Part shown: one piece after another, positions 38,496 through 50,945 of the stretch
How positions within the stretch are numbered: position 1 is the stretch's first letter
Layout of the letters: the number at the start of each line of letters is the position of its first letter
Notes under the pieces: model-generated
The model's input: the letters and a program-made list of their open reading frames with translations, nothing else
Databases searched by the model: none
Told to the model about the DNA's origin: nothing
Assembly (NCBI GenBank): GCA_951406725.2
Contig: OX597832.1
Span: 60,636,001-60,700,000, forward strand
Length of the DNA: 64,000 nt
Origin: Octopus vulgaris
Lineage: Eukaryota
Direction: 5' to 3'
Translations under genes and position numbers: made by a program

Positions 38496-38816
38496 CAGGG
38501 GTCCCCGAACTTTTATTTAGCATATTCCCTCTCTCAGATTCGCACATATGTTGCAGCAGTCCTTCAGTTTTACTAAACCTTGTAAAAGAACTCAGAAGGT
38601 TGGGCCTCCAACTAGGCCTTTCACGATACCCTTTGCGATGCCTTCAAGGAATCCTTGACCCCTCATCGACCCCCAACCCCCAGGCATGTACAAGAAAATA
38701 AATCAATAATATTAATAATTAAGTAGATGTGCAGTTTCAGGCATTTATCGACCCTTTGAATAGTCCCATCAACCCCGACCCCTAGGGGTTGATATCAACA
38801 ACTTTGGAAACCCCTG
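38496..38816. mobile_element. hAT-type MITE (inner)
   Basis: CAGGGGTCCCCGAA / TTTGGAAACCCCTG with 8-bp TSD CATTAGAT / CTTTAGAT. Confidence 0.8.
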
Positions 38817-38928
38817 CTTTAGATGTATTTTCTGCAAGAAACAGCTAGATTTCTTTTTTGAATGTTTTGCATAATTCCAACCACACAAGTGAATGAGTGA
38901 TGAATAAACTAGGAATTTTGAAAGAAGT

Positions 38929-39305
38929 ACTTTTTATCTTTCGCTGGTTTCGGTCATTAGACTGTGGCCATGCTGGGGCACCACCTGACAAAACTTGTAG
39001 TCAAATGAATCTGCCTTGGTACTTTTTATTTTTTTTTAAAGCTTGATATTTATTCTATTGATCCCTTTTGCCAAACTGTTATGTTAGAAATGTAAACACA
39101 CCATGGTCAGTTACCAAGTGGTGGTGGAGAATAAACACAAACACACACATGACGGGTTTCTTTCAGTTTCCATCTACCAAATCCATTCACATAGCTTTGG
39201 TTGGCCCGAGGCTATAGTAGAAAACACTTGCCCAAAGTGCAATGCAATAGGACTGAACCCGGAACCATGTGGTTGGGAAGCAGGCTTCTTCTCACACAAG
39301 CCATA
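38929..39305 (-). mobile_element. SINE family A inserted in the outer hAT MITE
   Basis: GTGGCCATGCTGGGGCACCACC..TTTCAGTTTCCATCTACCAAATCCA..GGACTGAACCCGGAACCATGTGGTT. Confidence 0.88.
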
Positions 39306-40906
39306 TAAGTATCTATAAAACAAGTTTTTAAATATCAAATGGCTCTGGGGGTCCACCAGAATAAAATAGTAATTAGACAAAAAATGGTTGAGAACCTCTG
39401 ATCCACACCATCACCAGCTAACATGAAATAGAATACAAGCCACACAGAAAAATTCCACAAAATTACCACCTGGAAGACACCTATTAAGGCAGCTTGTATC
39501 CTACATAAGAAACCCAGAAAACACCAATAAATCACCAAATGCAAACCATATTCTGCAAAAGAATAAAGCATATGTAACGTGCAGACACCATACTGCACTC
39601 ACAGTATGCAGCGTTTGCACATACACTGCAGAAACATGGAGATGCGTTGGAAAAAACTGTTTTAAACAAGGTAATCATCATCATCACCGTCGTAATCATT
39701 TTAACACCTGCTTTTCCATGCTTGCAGGAGTCGGATAGAATTTGTTGAAGCAGATTTCTTACAGCTGGATGCCTTTCCTGTCACCAACTCAACTTGGTCC
39801 CAAGTAAGGTGATACTGCCTCATGGCTGGATAGGCATTCATGGAGGAAAAGAAATGAAGGACACTGCATCTACAATAGTGATGTTTGTTTACAACTACCC
39901 TACAATGTCAGGACAAGGAAAAATAAACACTCATACACACACACACACCAGGCTTAAAGCTGTGGTCAGCCCAAGGATATACTAAATGACGCTTGTCCAA
40001 GCTGCCACACAGTGGGACTGAACCCAAAGCCATGTAGTTGGGAAGCAAACATCTTAATTACACAGCCACTTGATATATTTAAGCCTTTAGCATTTAAACC
40101 ATCCATATCTGAGCACACATGTTTACGCATACACATGCATATACACACTCACAAGCAATTAACAGACTTCCACACAATTTACAATTTCCAAATACCACTT
40201 GTAAACCATTGATCAACTTGACACTTAAGTAAAATCAATTATTTTCCCAGGGGTGATGGTCAGTTGGAAAGACCCACCACCACCAAGTGGTAGTGAAGCA
40301 AACGCTTTAACCACACAGCTTGTCTGCAGCTGTGTGTAATGTGTAATGGATGTCGGGACATCAAAATCTTTAAGGGCTTCTATAGGGCTGTTGCTTAGCC
40401 CTTTCCATATGGCATTAAGCAGATGGGTGACGACTTGCTAGCTTGATGGAACTCTAGGTTATCATCATCATCATCATTGACACTCAACTCCCACCTTCTC
40501 TGCTGGTATTGGTCAGAGAGGAAGTTGGAGGACTACAACATATTCCGATGTATGCTTCACCTTCATTTGTATGTTGGATGCCTCTCTTCGTGCCAAACAT
40601 TTTATACTGTGTACTGGGTGCCATTTTTGTGACACCGGCACTAATGAGATTGTTAAGTAACCAGTAAGACAGAGAAAAAGAAATTGACCCCCCTCAAACG
40701 AGTGGTGATGTAGTAAAGAGAAAGGTGGCTTTATAATACCTGGGGTTGTGAGGCTAAAGTGGGACAGAACAGACAGAGGTATCTTGTTATAGAGGAGATG
40801 CAGGGCTACCCTACATTATATAAATAAAGTTTGTAGTTGGAAAGAAGATGCAGGTGACCCTGGTATAAATTGCTTACTAGTCTGGTGATTCGGTAACCTA
40901 GATTAA

Positions 40907-41123
40907 CCCGTTCGTTACTGTAATTATTTTGAGATGCTCTCTGTTTCTTTCAATTACTTGAAATATAAACAAAGAATTTAGATAACTTAGTTATCATTCA
41001 GCTAGGGTTAGGAACATAAATTGTGGCTAAGCTTTGGTAGTAGATTTTAATTCAAAACTTATGAAAACAAGACATTTGTACTCAGAGCCAAAGCCGGTTT
41101 CAGCCAGGTTGGTAATGAAAGGG
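40907..41123. mobile_element. piggyBac-type MITE P1
   Basis: TTAA|CCCGTTCG...GAAAGGG|TTAA. Confidence 0.88.
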
Positions 41124-41269
41124 TTAAAGAGTGAATAAAGAATAAGGTGCTTGAAAATAGAACAAAACAACTTCAATAGAGATTGAACCTGCGTCATTCT
41201 CTTTTTACCTTACTTCCCAGACATTGTTAGCCTGTACTTAGAATAGAGGAACGGGAAAGCGAAGCGAAA

Positions 41270-41785
41270 ATAACAGTCAGTAGCATCTCTTAGATAAGAT
41301 GATATAATTTAGCAGTGGACGTAGATATCACAAGAGAACTTTAGCTAAAATACAAAGGGAGTAAGCAAAAGGACTCAGAGGGTTATTACCTTTAATGATA
41401 ACAAAAGGGTTTTGCCCTTTGAGTAAATGGCAGATTGTAATGATGTATGCGTTCCGAGAATAACATTGCATGGTGGCCAAACAGGAGTATTGGATGTAGA
41501 GGATATGTGATGGCGGAAAAGATACAAGGCAAGCATGTGTCACTGGATGGTGTAATGGTAGGGTGAATGAACGATGGGAGCACAAATGAACTGAGAGAAA
41601 ATTGGCTGCGAGAGGAATCAGATGCAACAGGTAAGAGAGAAGAAAACTGAGCAGGTATGATGGACATGTGTATTGAGGATGACAGGGGAGCATAGAGGTG
41701 GCAGGAAATTAGAATTGAAGGAATCTACAGAAAGAGGAAAACTAAGGAAGAGATGGGAAGAAGTGGTGAAAGCATATTTCATCAA
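41270..41785 (+). mobile_element. Decayed RTE-clade LINE, RT 3' region
   Basis: Frameshifted LRGLLPLMITKGF, LHGG.T, STNELREK, RGKLRKRWEEVVK resemble RTE FRELLPLL.TKG, STNELREKLG and RGRPRKTW.EVVK. Confidence 0.8.
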
Positions 41786-42091
41786 GAGTGATTACAAGTA
41801 ACTAACTCTAAGTGGTGAAATGCTGAGGTGGAGAAGACCTGTCCATTTGTAAAAAACAAATGTAAAAATGAACACCATTTACTGACAAGTGCCCCTGACC
41901 CTACATGGTCCCTCAACTTGCCTGACATAGCAGTCAAATCTTCTTTATAAAACGGCCTAGCTACCATCTTAAAAGGTGAATGACACTTTGGATAATGTAG
42001 TCCTAGGTATTCTATGTAAATAAAATACAAGATGGTTGCAACTGGAACACTGAGTCAGTCTACTAAAGTTTCAAGTCTGACTTGACTAAAC

Positions 42092-42332
42092 CAATGGTTC
42101 TCAACCAGGATCCATATGGCCCTTTGGGTTCCACATGGCCCTTGGGGTCCATATAAGATTTTGTTAAAATTTCTGTGCAATAAATTGCTTATACTTCTGT
42201 AATACACAAAAAAAATATTAATTGTTTTTAATACAAAACCTGATAATATTTAATTATAAAAATATAGGATTTTTAAAAATATCGAATGGCTATGAGGGTC
42301 CTGTAGAATAAAATAAGAACCAAAGGGGTCCA
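42092..42332. mobile_element. hAT-type MITE, one end missing
   Basis: CAATGGTTCTCAACC start. Body similar to 38402-39400 minus its inserts. Confidence 0.65.
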
Positions 42333-43124
42333 GATTCACATGTACGATACACATACCATTAATTTTTTTCTTTTTGGGCTTTACCGTTTTCCACTCCGAC
42401 AAAGAGCCTATGCTCGAAACTTCACAAACTCTCTTTTTACTGAGCATCAAACTTATACAATACATGTCCTTGTGTTGTTTGTTATTTTTAACGATTGTTT
42501 ATTCAATTTGACTACATATATATATATACACACACACACATACACACTAATCAAGGTCACTATTGGGTGAAAGACCAAGTTGACATTACAAAAAATTAAA
42601 CTCGCAAAGAGACTTAAAATAGTGCAACACATTTCGGTTCGATGCTCTACTGATTTTGCCATCAATTAACATTAATGTCAATTATCTACATTGACTAAAG
42701 ACTAGAAATAAGGCTAATTTTTATCCGCATCAGGAAGATTAGGACTGTGTAAAATATAATAATTAGACAACATAGACAGCATCTCCCTCACTACCACCAC
42801 CACCACCACCATTACCATCATCATCATCATCATCATCCACCTAGAGTAAGACTGCTTCTTGCTTCCATTATTTCTACAGCCCCTTTCAACTATTATCATC
42901 ATCATAATTATTATTAAAAAAAAAATAAACATAAAGATGATGGTGATGATGATGAACGACATGACAAAGAAGGCATGATTTGATCTCAGCTGTTTAGAAT
43001 AAATAGCCAGGGACCCAATTATAGGTCTTAATTAATCTATCTGCCGCTAATTAGCAAGGCTGCCACAGCAAAGATGTGTGCATGTACATGCTCACACACT
43101 TATGTACTCGTATATGTATGTATG

Positions 43125-43191
<67 letters not shown>

Positions 43192-43528
43192 GCTTTGGTT
43201 TTGTTCAAAGCATTGAAATAATTGGTTTATGATGGCTGTCCATTCTACAACAGGCAACCAGTTCAATTCCCCATGGGTAATTTTGTGCCTTCTGTTTCCC
43301 CGATCAAGGGATAGATTTAATTAGTTTAAAAAAAAAAAAAAACACCACCACCACCCTATCCAGACACACACACTCACATACAAATGATTAAAATGATCTT
43401 TCAGTAAATTAAATTAAATCTTTACTCAGTCTACAAGCAAAGTTGGACCTATGATGATAATAGTAATAATAATAAAACATACCCACGGAGGTATTCTAAT
43501 GTTATACTATACAACAAAAACAACACAC

Positions 43529-43571
<43 letters not shown>

Positions 43572-43899
43572 TCAGGCAGTGCCCCAACATGGCCACAGCC
43601 CTCAAGCTGAAACTAGTAAAGGAATTATATATATATATATATATAGTTGTAATTTACAGAAAAAGAAAAGACGAAGATGGGTGTATGAACAACCAGGCAT
43701 GTGTATAAATATATATATATATGCATACATACACATATATATAATTACAAATATGCATAGAGAGAGAGAGAGAGAGCAAAGAGACTGATAGAGAGGGATA
43801 GATGCTATGTCAGTGTGAGAGAGAGAGGATTACTCAAAATTGTAAATATCATCCCCAAAATTACAGTGCTACAAAATTTTCTGCACGAGAGAGATCACG

Positions 43900-44140
43900 A
43901 AAGCTATGTGGTTGCAGGGTGTTAGAAATAGCAGTCAAATCTCAATAAAATCAACTATATTAGGAACCGAAATCAGAACAAAACAAAAAAAAAAAGAAAA
44001 AGAAAGCGAAATCATAACATTTCGCAATATGGTCCTAAATATGAGATAAAATATGTTGGGTTGGACATGGTTGGAATACCTTTGATCATAGGTTCTTCTC
44101 AGTCACAGATAACCTAGGGCTAACCAAAGATGACAACAAA
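43900..44140 (+). repeat. Old dispersed repeat, family E
   Basis: TAGAAATAGCAG.CAAAT..TGGAA..CCTTTGATCATAGG..GGGCTAA.CAA. Copies near 6900, 20400, 35560, 47050, 48380, 52150, 52900, 59200 and 60700. Confidence 0.7.
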
Positions 44141-44515
44141 GAATGAAAAACAACCTGTTGAGATGGAATCTTTTATAGAAACTAAACAACCAGATATGGT
44201 TACTTTCAGAAGCTGAAGATGATGATGATGAAGACGAAGAACAACAACAAAAGGAATGAACAGGTTATACTGGTATACCTGTATGGGGGAGAATTGTTGC
44301 AAAAGGCTGTAGCAGACAGCAAAATTCTCCATCACTTGTAAAAGGTCAAAACAACACACAGACATACACATGTAACCATGCAGACAAGACACAGTGTGTG
44401 TATGTGCTTTCCTCCTTTTGACCCCTTCCTTTATCATACTTTCTCCCAGCCCTACAACTAGAAAACTATAACTCTATACAAAATGTGTTAACCCACATCA
44501 TTTTACTGGCGACAA

Positions 44516-44640
44516 CTTGCCTGAGGATCCTGTGTGCCTACAAGTGAAACTCTGAGTAACAAGAGGCTAGACTTGACCAAAATAAAATACCATTAATCAC
44601 CTACCACCGTCCTGAGTACTCTTTTTACCCCAACAGCTAA
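44516..44640 (+). mobile_element. Decayed Penelope-like terminal repeat with hammerhead remnant
   Basis: CTTGC-CTGAGGA-..-GAAACTCTGAGTA-ACAAG followed by CCAAAATAAAA..GAGTACTCTTT, shared with 45755-45850. Confidence 0.55.
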
Positions 44641-44695
44641 TACTAAACGGAAATACATGTGTGCATGTGTCAGATTTTATATATATATATATATG

Positions 44696-44828
44696 AAGGG
44701 CATCCAGCTGTAGAAACATTGCCAAATTAGACTGGAGCCTGGTGCAGCCTTCTGGCTTCCCAGAACCCCGGTCGAACCGTCCAACCCATGCTAGCATGGA
44801 GAACGGACGTTAAACGACGATGATGATG
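44696..44828 (+). mobile_element. Family C 3' end
   Basis: GAAGGGCATCCAGCTGTAGAAAC..CATGCTAGCATGGAGAACGGACGTTAAACGACGATGATGAT. Confidence 0.88.
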
Positions 44829-44837
44829 TGTGTGTGT

Positions 44838-45224
44838 GCAGGAGTGGCTGTGGGGTAATTAGCTTGCTTACAAGCTACATGGTTCTGGGTTCAGTCCCAC
44901 TGCGTGACACCTTAGGCAGGTGTCTTCTACTATAGCCTCAAGCCAACCAAAGCCTTGTGAGTGGATTTGGTAACCATCATATGTGTCTATATATATATGT
45001 GTGTGTATGTATGTGTGTGTGTGTGTATGTTTGTCCCCACCCCTATGTCATTGCTTGACAACCAATGTTGGTGAGCTTAGGTACCTATGACTTAGCGGTA
45101 TGGCAAAAGAGACTGATAGAAAATGTACTAGGCTTACAAAGAATAAGTACTGGGGTTGATTTGTTTGACTACAAGCAGTGCTCCAGCATGACCACAGTCA
45201 AATGACTGAAACAAATAAAAGAAT
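44838..45224 (+). mobile_element. SINE family A, full length
   Basis: GCAGGAGTGGCTGTG..GGGTTCAGTCCCACTGCG..(TA/TG)n..GACTGAAACAAATAAAAGAAT. Confidence 0.92.
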
Positions 45225-46082
45225 ATATATGTGTGTGTGTGCCGAAATTGTTATGATTTTCAACTGACAACAGAAGAAGGGATCAAATAGTGTACCTGTC
45301 AGCCGGGTTTGTTATCATTTTACATTTAACTTGTGTATCCCCTTAACTGTCCAGACTATTTGTATGTGTATATAAATGTATGTTTGCATGTATACACACA
45401 CAGACTGACAAGGAAAGAGACACGCACACACACAATGGCAACAGAAGAAAAGCACTCTCTCTCTGCTGAAAGAGCAGCAAGTCCATCATAAACCAGAACA
45501 CTGAAACATTTGCATCACAGGAACCCAGCTAATGTATTTGTCCTTTGCCAACAACAACCAAAGAATTTCTTGATTAAAATAACAATTATACCCTAAAAAA
45601 AAAAAAAAAACATCTCTACTCATTCTTTCAAGTATATATAATACTATACCAAGAACTTCCTCTTTGATATTCTACACACAAACACACACACACACGTGTG
45701 TGTGTGTGTGTCTTATTTTGATCAAGTCTGAATTGCTGGTCTGAATTTCGCCTGAGGGTACAACAGGGATTTTAGGACCCAGAGTAGCACGGGACTGGCC
45801 AAAATAAAACATTATTGATCTCTGCTACTGTATCGAGTACTCTTTCTACCAACGATTAGTAGTAACCAACTGTGTGTTTCGTACCATATATACATACATA
45901 CATACACTCATAACATATATATATAGTAAATGAGCATGGATTACCAACCACTAGTTAACACCGTCACAACTACTACAATGAAATATACATCCAAATAAAA
46001 TCTTTAATCGCTATGACAAAAAAAAAACTTTTTGGTTTGTCCAGAAAACCAGCAAAACATTTGCCAAAGTTTCGGGTTAGAG

Positions 46083-46127
<45 letters not shown>

Positions 46128-46254
46128 GTATGTATTTTACAAAATCAATAAAGATCTCTGTAAAATGAAGGACCCTGAGAAGTAATGGGGCAGGAAACAA
46201 ATATCTAAACCAATTCTAGTATTTTACTAATTATTTAATATGAAGGCTAATTTA

Positions 46255-46416
46255 CTGTATATTAACATAAGAAACCCTTTTCTTTTTTTCTCAAAAATTA
46301 GGCTAAAAATTATGGGAGTTTTTTTATACATGGATAGTATAATAATCTCTTACGAACCCTTTTTAAGAAATTTTAAGGGCCCAAAATGAAGATTCCTTAT
46401 ACACGTTAAAATAAGG
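46255..46416. mobile_element. Tc1/pogo-type MITE, second copy
   Basis: Colinear with 11449-11608, TA flanks. Confidence 0.75.
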
Positions 46417-46873
46417 TAGTTGTATTTTGTTCTTAAGTTAGAAAAAAAAAAACACAGATGGACAGTCAGATAGATACTGCTACGGCAAGAACTAACTACA
46501 GACGTACATACATACATACACACTGTTGCTGCTAGTACTGTTTATGATATAATACAAGAGACAGGCAGATCAACCTCAGGACAACATTGGTATGGTACCA
46601 ACTACGAACAAGATGAACATATAACAATCGTTGTAAAAGATTAGCAACAAGGTAGGGGTGATTTAATAAATAAAATTCCAATATATATATATATATAACT
46701 TCCTGTTAGCTCATCTTGAGTGTGTGTATGCAAACAAATATGTGTATTATGATTATAGAATGTGTGTACACACACACACATACACATATATATACACATA
46801 TATAGATATATATATATACATATATAAAATTCCAGATGATTACATACAGACACAAATACACTATATATGTGCT

Positions 46874-46904
<31 letters not shown>

Positions 46905-47270
46905 ATGTGTGCAAACACTTAAATAAAAGACCAACTATGCCAGAATTTAGGGGGGGAAATATGACCAGTTTTTGCAGCTATCATTTAATTTAAGCCCAAG
47001 GTCAACTCGGGTCTCCCAAACATTCTAGTCGTGACCATCCCAACTTGTCGCATCAACTAAATGATACTAACCAATATATACATACATACATATCTAATAT
47101 CCTTTATTACCAGCTAGAGTGTTGGCTGTTATTTCTAGCCGGTCGAGGGACTCCGTAAAGACTACCACATCAGGTAAGTCATTTAGGATTAACTGAAATG
47201 ACTTGTTACAGTAGAATTACTAGTTATTTACACAGCTGGACGTTGTGTGTGTGTGTTTATGTCGTATATA

Positions 47271-47661
47271 TCTATATATATAAAAGTGAAGTTGTGTGAG
47301 TGTCTGTCTCCTACGATTTAGATTCCTAACTACTCCCACATTTTGCGGTGCAGTGTAACCAAAACCGGGTATCTTATAGTCGTGATTCATATCGAGCCCT
47401 TCTGGGTATTAGCACGCGTCTACGATGAGTCTACGATTCAAAAAATAATTTACCATCATTTTTTTCCATTTTGATGCATTTTTTTCGCTATTATATAAGG
47501 GTAGTAACTCTTTAAAAATGTCTACGATGAGTCAACGATTTAAAAAAAAATTTACCATCATTTTTTTTTCATTTTTAATGCAGTTTTTTGCTATAACTCT
47601 CTAAAAATGCTTATACAGTTATTTCCCTTACAAACCCGAGCAACGCCGGGCGATACTGCTA

Positions 47662-47662
<1 letters not shown>
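47271..47662 (+). mobile_element. Non-autonomous Helitron
   Basis: A|TC 5' end, 3' hairpin CCCGAGCAACGCCGGG (47635-47650), CTAG|T 3' end, no TSD. Internal ~75-bp duplication (47418 and 47520). Confidence 0.88.
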
Positions 47663-47704
<42 letters not shown>

Positions 47705-47800
47705 GGTAGCAGCGGTTAACTTTGGTCGATGGTCGCCGACGGAATCCGAATCCAACTAGAAAAAGGAAGGCGACAAATGCCAAAGCGGAAGTGCGCATTA
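47705..47800. promoter_or_regulatory. CpG-rich promoter-like patch
   Basis: Unique, CpG-dense, with ETS-like GCGGAAGTG overlapping TGCGCA. Motif evidence only. Confidence 0.35.
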
Positions 47801-49039
47801 CATATATTTTGTTTCATAGTTTCGTTACCTTGACATTCTGGGGTTCAACAACACCTGACCCCTTAGAAGGACTGACCTTGTGCATTCTATTCATACGAAG
47901 TCAGGGCAAATTTTGACCATTTACACTCTGTCTTGTGAGACGGGTGTAATGTACGTTCGGCAGAAGACTTTAGAAATAGCTATTATGAAGAAGGAAAATT
48001 GCAAGTTCTTTCATTCTGTGAAAGAATTTTTTTTATTCCAAATATTTTCCTTTTCTTTTTTTTTTTTTTTACAACCAATTCTGTGCGATTTTCCGGCGAG
48101 TTTTAAATGTATGCATTCTACCCGTTTCAGTAAAAAAAAAATGAAGTTAGTTTATGAATAGCATTATGACATGGATAAAAAAAAAAAAAAAACTTCCAGC
48201 GAGAATCGAACTGAATTTGAACTCGCGAACGTAAGGCAAGTTAGTTTTGCATGTCAATCATCAACACCGTAAAAGGGATGAAGATGTGTATGTAATTTAG
48301 TGTCATGGAATTCATACGGAAACAATCTCGAAAATTAACTACCTGAATAGGGTAACATCTCCACGCTCGGTCAATCAACATGCTAGAAAGTGCAGCAAAT
48401 ATCCCTCATAACATATTTTCTCTCTAAAAAAAAAAAAAAAAGTAGGGGATGTCACATATTTGAATAATTAAGTTCTAAATACATGTATGTCTGGAAAAAA
48501 AATACGGAATGGTTACGGTTGGAAAGGCCTTTGATCTCAGTACAGTCTTTTTGTTTGATCAATGTTGGCCGGGGACTAATTTTTTTATAATCTTTATTAT
48601 AGCATTCAATACAACAGTAAAACATTATATATCGTTGATATTAACTGTTTAATGAGAAAAATTAATATTTGAAATGTGTGTGTGTGTGTTATTAAAAACT
48701 ACAACCAACATTTTTATCCAAGTAGAGAAGTTTTCGTTGTCCAAAATTATAGGTGCAAGAGTTTAAAGGGAAACAGAATGAGCGAATTTCGGCGCTAATT
48801 TTACCCTCCGAGTCATTTGTCTGGCACAAGTACCAATTATTTAAGTAATTATGATGATGATGATTGTTTTCATTAACCACTAAATGATTGACGAAAAGAT
48901 TAAGGGCAGAACAGAACGATTTGGTGTTGAATTACATTTTAAAAAAAAGCCGTGTAAACGAGAGGTATAATAACAAAAGCAACAACAAAAATTCAGAGGA
49001 GAATCCCCAAAAGTGGGATGAGACCACAGAGGGGTACTT

Positions 49040-49530
49040 ATAGAAACCTCACAAAACCACAATCACCTTGTCCACAAAGGCAAGCACCTCCTCCAAGCTG
49101 TCATCTAATCAACAGGTATATACTAGAAATAGGCCTATTCATTCGAACTATGTTCACCTCTTTCATCCACCTGTTCACTTCTGTCATTCGCCTTTCAATA
49201 AAGTTTACCGGACGACATCACTTGCTTTATCTACACATATTTTCCTTTTCAAGTGAAACTTGAAAAAGTTGGTCAAAGAATTAGTTGTCTTCATCCTTTC
49301 GAATTTTATTTACGACAACCTCTTTCGCCAAGGCCACCATCACGCGGATAAAACACTGCCTGCCCTTCCTGGCCAAAGGAAAGTAACGACTAATAATGAT
49401 AATATATTTAATCATAATACTTTAGTATTACGATTACATCATGGCACGTTTGTAACTGTTGTTTGCTCATCCGCTGAGGTTCACCCACCTAAGTTTGAAT
49501 CTCACCCTTGTCGCCAATGTATTAATTCTT
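49040..49530 (-). mobile_element. Probable decayed L1/Tx1-type LINE, ORF2 C-terminus
   Basis: Minus-strand peptides VMVALAKEVV, LTNFFKFHLKRKICVDK and RWMKEVNIVRMN resemble, from memory, the post-zinc-knuckle region of Tx1-type ORF2. Many stops and frameshifts. Confidence 0.55.
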
Positions 49531-50789
49531 TTTAAAAAATGCATACTAGAGCTTCAACATTCTAATTTCTCCTTAATCTTGCTTGAAGATGGTTCCCACT
49601 GTATAGGTAACCGGACAACTAACACTGGAGTTGTTTCTTCTTGCTTCCATGTTCTTGTAGTCGCAATAGTAACATTCGAACACAAATCACCATGTGTTCG
49701 AGTGTTACGCTAAAAAGCTTGATAGAAGCTTTAACATTAGGAAACAAGATGTTAAGGAATGAGAATGTAGACCAAGTCGCAATCATTAACATAACGGAAG
49801 AGCGTTATGAATGGCTATAAATTTATTATACATTATTCTAATAAAACGTAGAATTTGCACGGGGCCCCCGCTTGTAATGAATAATTTCGCCGTTAGTTTT
49901 TCAAAATTCTGTTACCATGATAGATACAGGTACAAAGGCTATTCTTTTTGACAGGGTGGAGAAAAGAAGGGGCCTTGTCACGTTAACAGGCGGTTCAAGA
50001 GGTACGTCAATGGCATGTAAAGTACGGGTTGATAGCACTAAGCAATGATGTGTGTGTGTATGTGTATTATATTATATACAAACTTGTTATCAGTTCATAT
50101 ATACTCGAGGCATATTTGAACAGGTAACAAGTTTGCATTAATGGTATACGACTCACCGGTCTAGAAGGACCTCAGAGAGTCACAGGGTAACTGCCCCTTA
50201 CATAAAACACAGCAAGTAATTTTTTAAAATTATGCACAATATAACGGTGGTTTTCTCGTTGTTTAAACTTAAGTCAGTCTACGAACAAGAGTTGAATTAA
50301 TCAGTACAAAAGATTATGTACATGATGTTAGGACGGTGCAGGTTTCTTCATTTATTTACGGACTTATAAATAAATAGCACAGAATTAAAACCAGAGGTCC
50401 ATTAAAAAAAGCGGCTCCGCAACATATATATATATATTATAGGGGGTGAATTCACGAAAAAAGACGAAGACAGGTGGTGTAGAAAACAAACAGATATATT
50501 AGTATAACGCTCGGGAATTGAAAAAGTCTAACGTTTCTGCATAAAGGAATATGGTTTGGGAATCCTGGAAGGTACCTTATTAGCACTCTGATACAATCCA
50601 GATCTGGTTAATCACACCGAACGATAGGGAATATAAAGAATTGTTTAAGATAAATCAACTGTACTTCATTCGACAGGTAAATCCCGAGTTTGCTTCATTG
50701 GGTTTTCATTACAGCATACGAAAGCCCTTCTCGGGGCAAAGGCTCATAAGACCGGTCTGCCGAATTCTAAGGCATATATATCACCGCCT

Positions 50790-50945
50790 GGTCGCCGGAT
50801 TACTCGTTTTTGCCAGCTGAATAGACTGGAATAATGTGAAATGAAGTGCTTTGCTCAAGAGCACAGCGCATTGCCCGGTCCAGGTATCGAAACCACATTC
50901 TCACGATCATGAGTGCAACACGCCGACCACTAAACCTCGCGCTCC
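50790..50945 (-). mobile_element. SINE family D
   Basis: GTGAAATGAAGTGCTTTGCTCAAGAGCACAGCGC..GGTATCGAAACC..GACCACTAA. Confidence 0.8.

Larger units (their letters stand above)
38402..39400. mobile_element. hAT-type MITE (outer) with nested insertions
   Basis: Termini CAGTGGTTC / GAACCTCTG, 8-bp TSD ATCTACAC / ATCCACAC. An uninterrupted relative starts at 42092. Confidence 0.75.

Noticed and set aside
47171-47179. Perfect splice donor CAG|GTAAGT
   Set aside because: Upstream sequence is a family E repeat with no supportable exon.
50440-50545. Repeat shared with 60038-60116, possibly a third ribozyme-bearing end
   Set aside because: Both copies are truncated before any complete hammerhead core. 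Only a dispersed repeat can be claimed.
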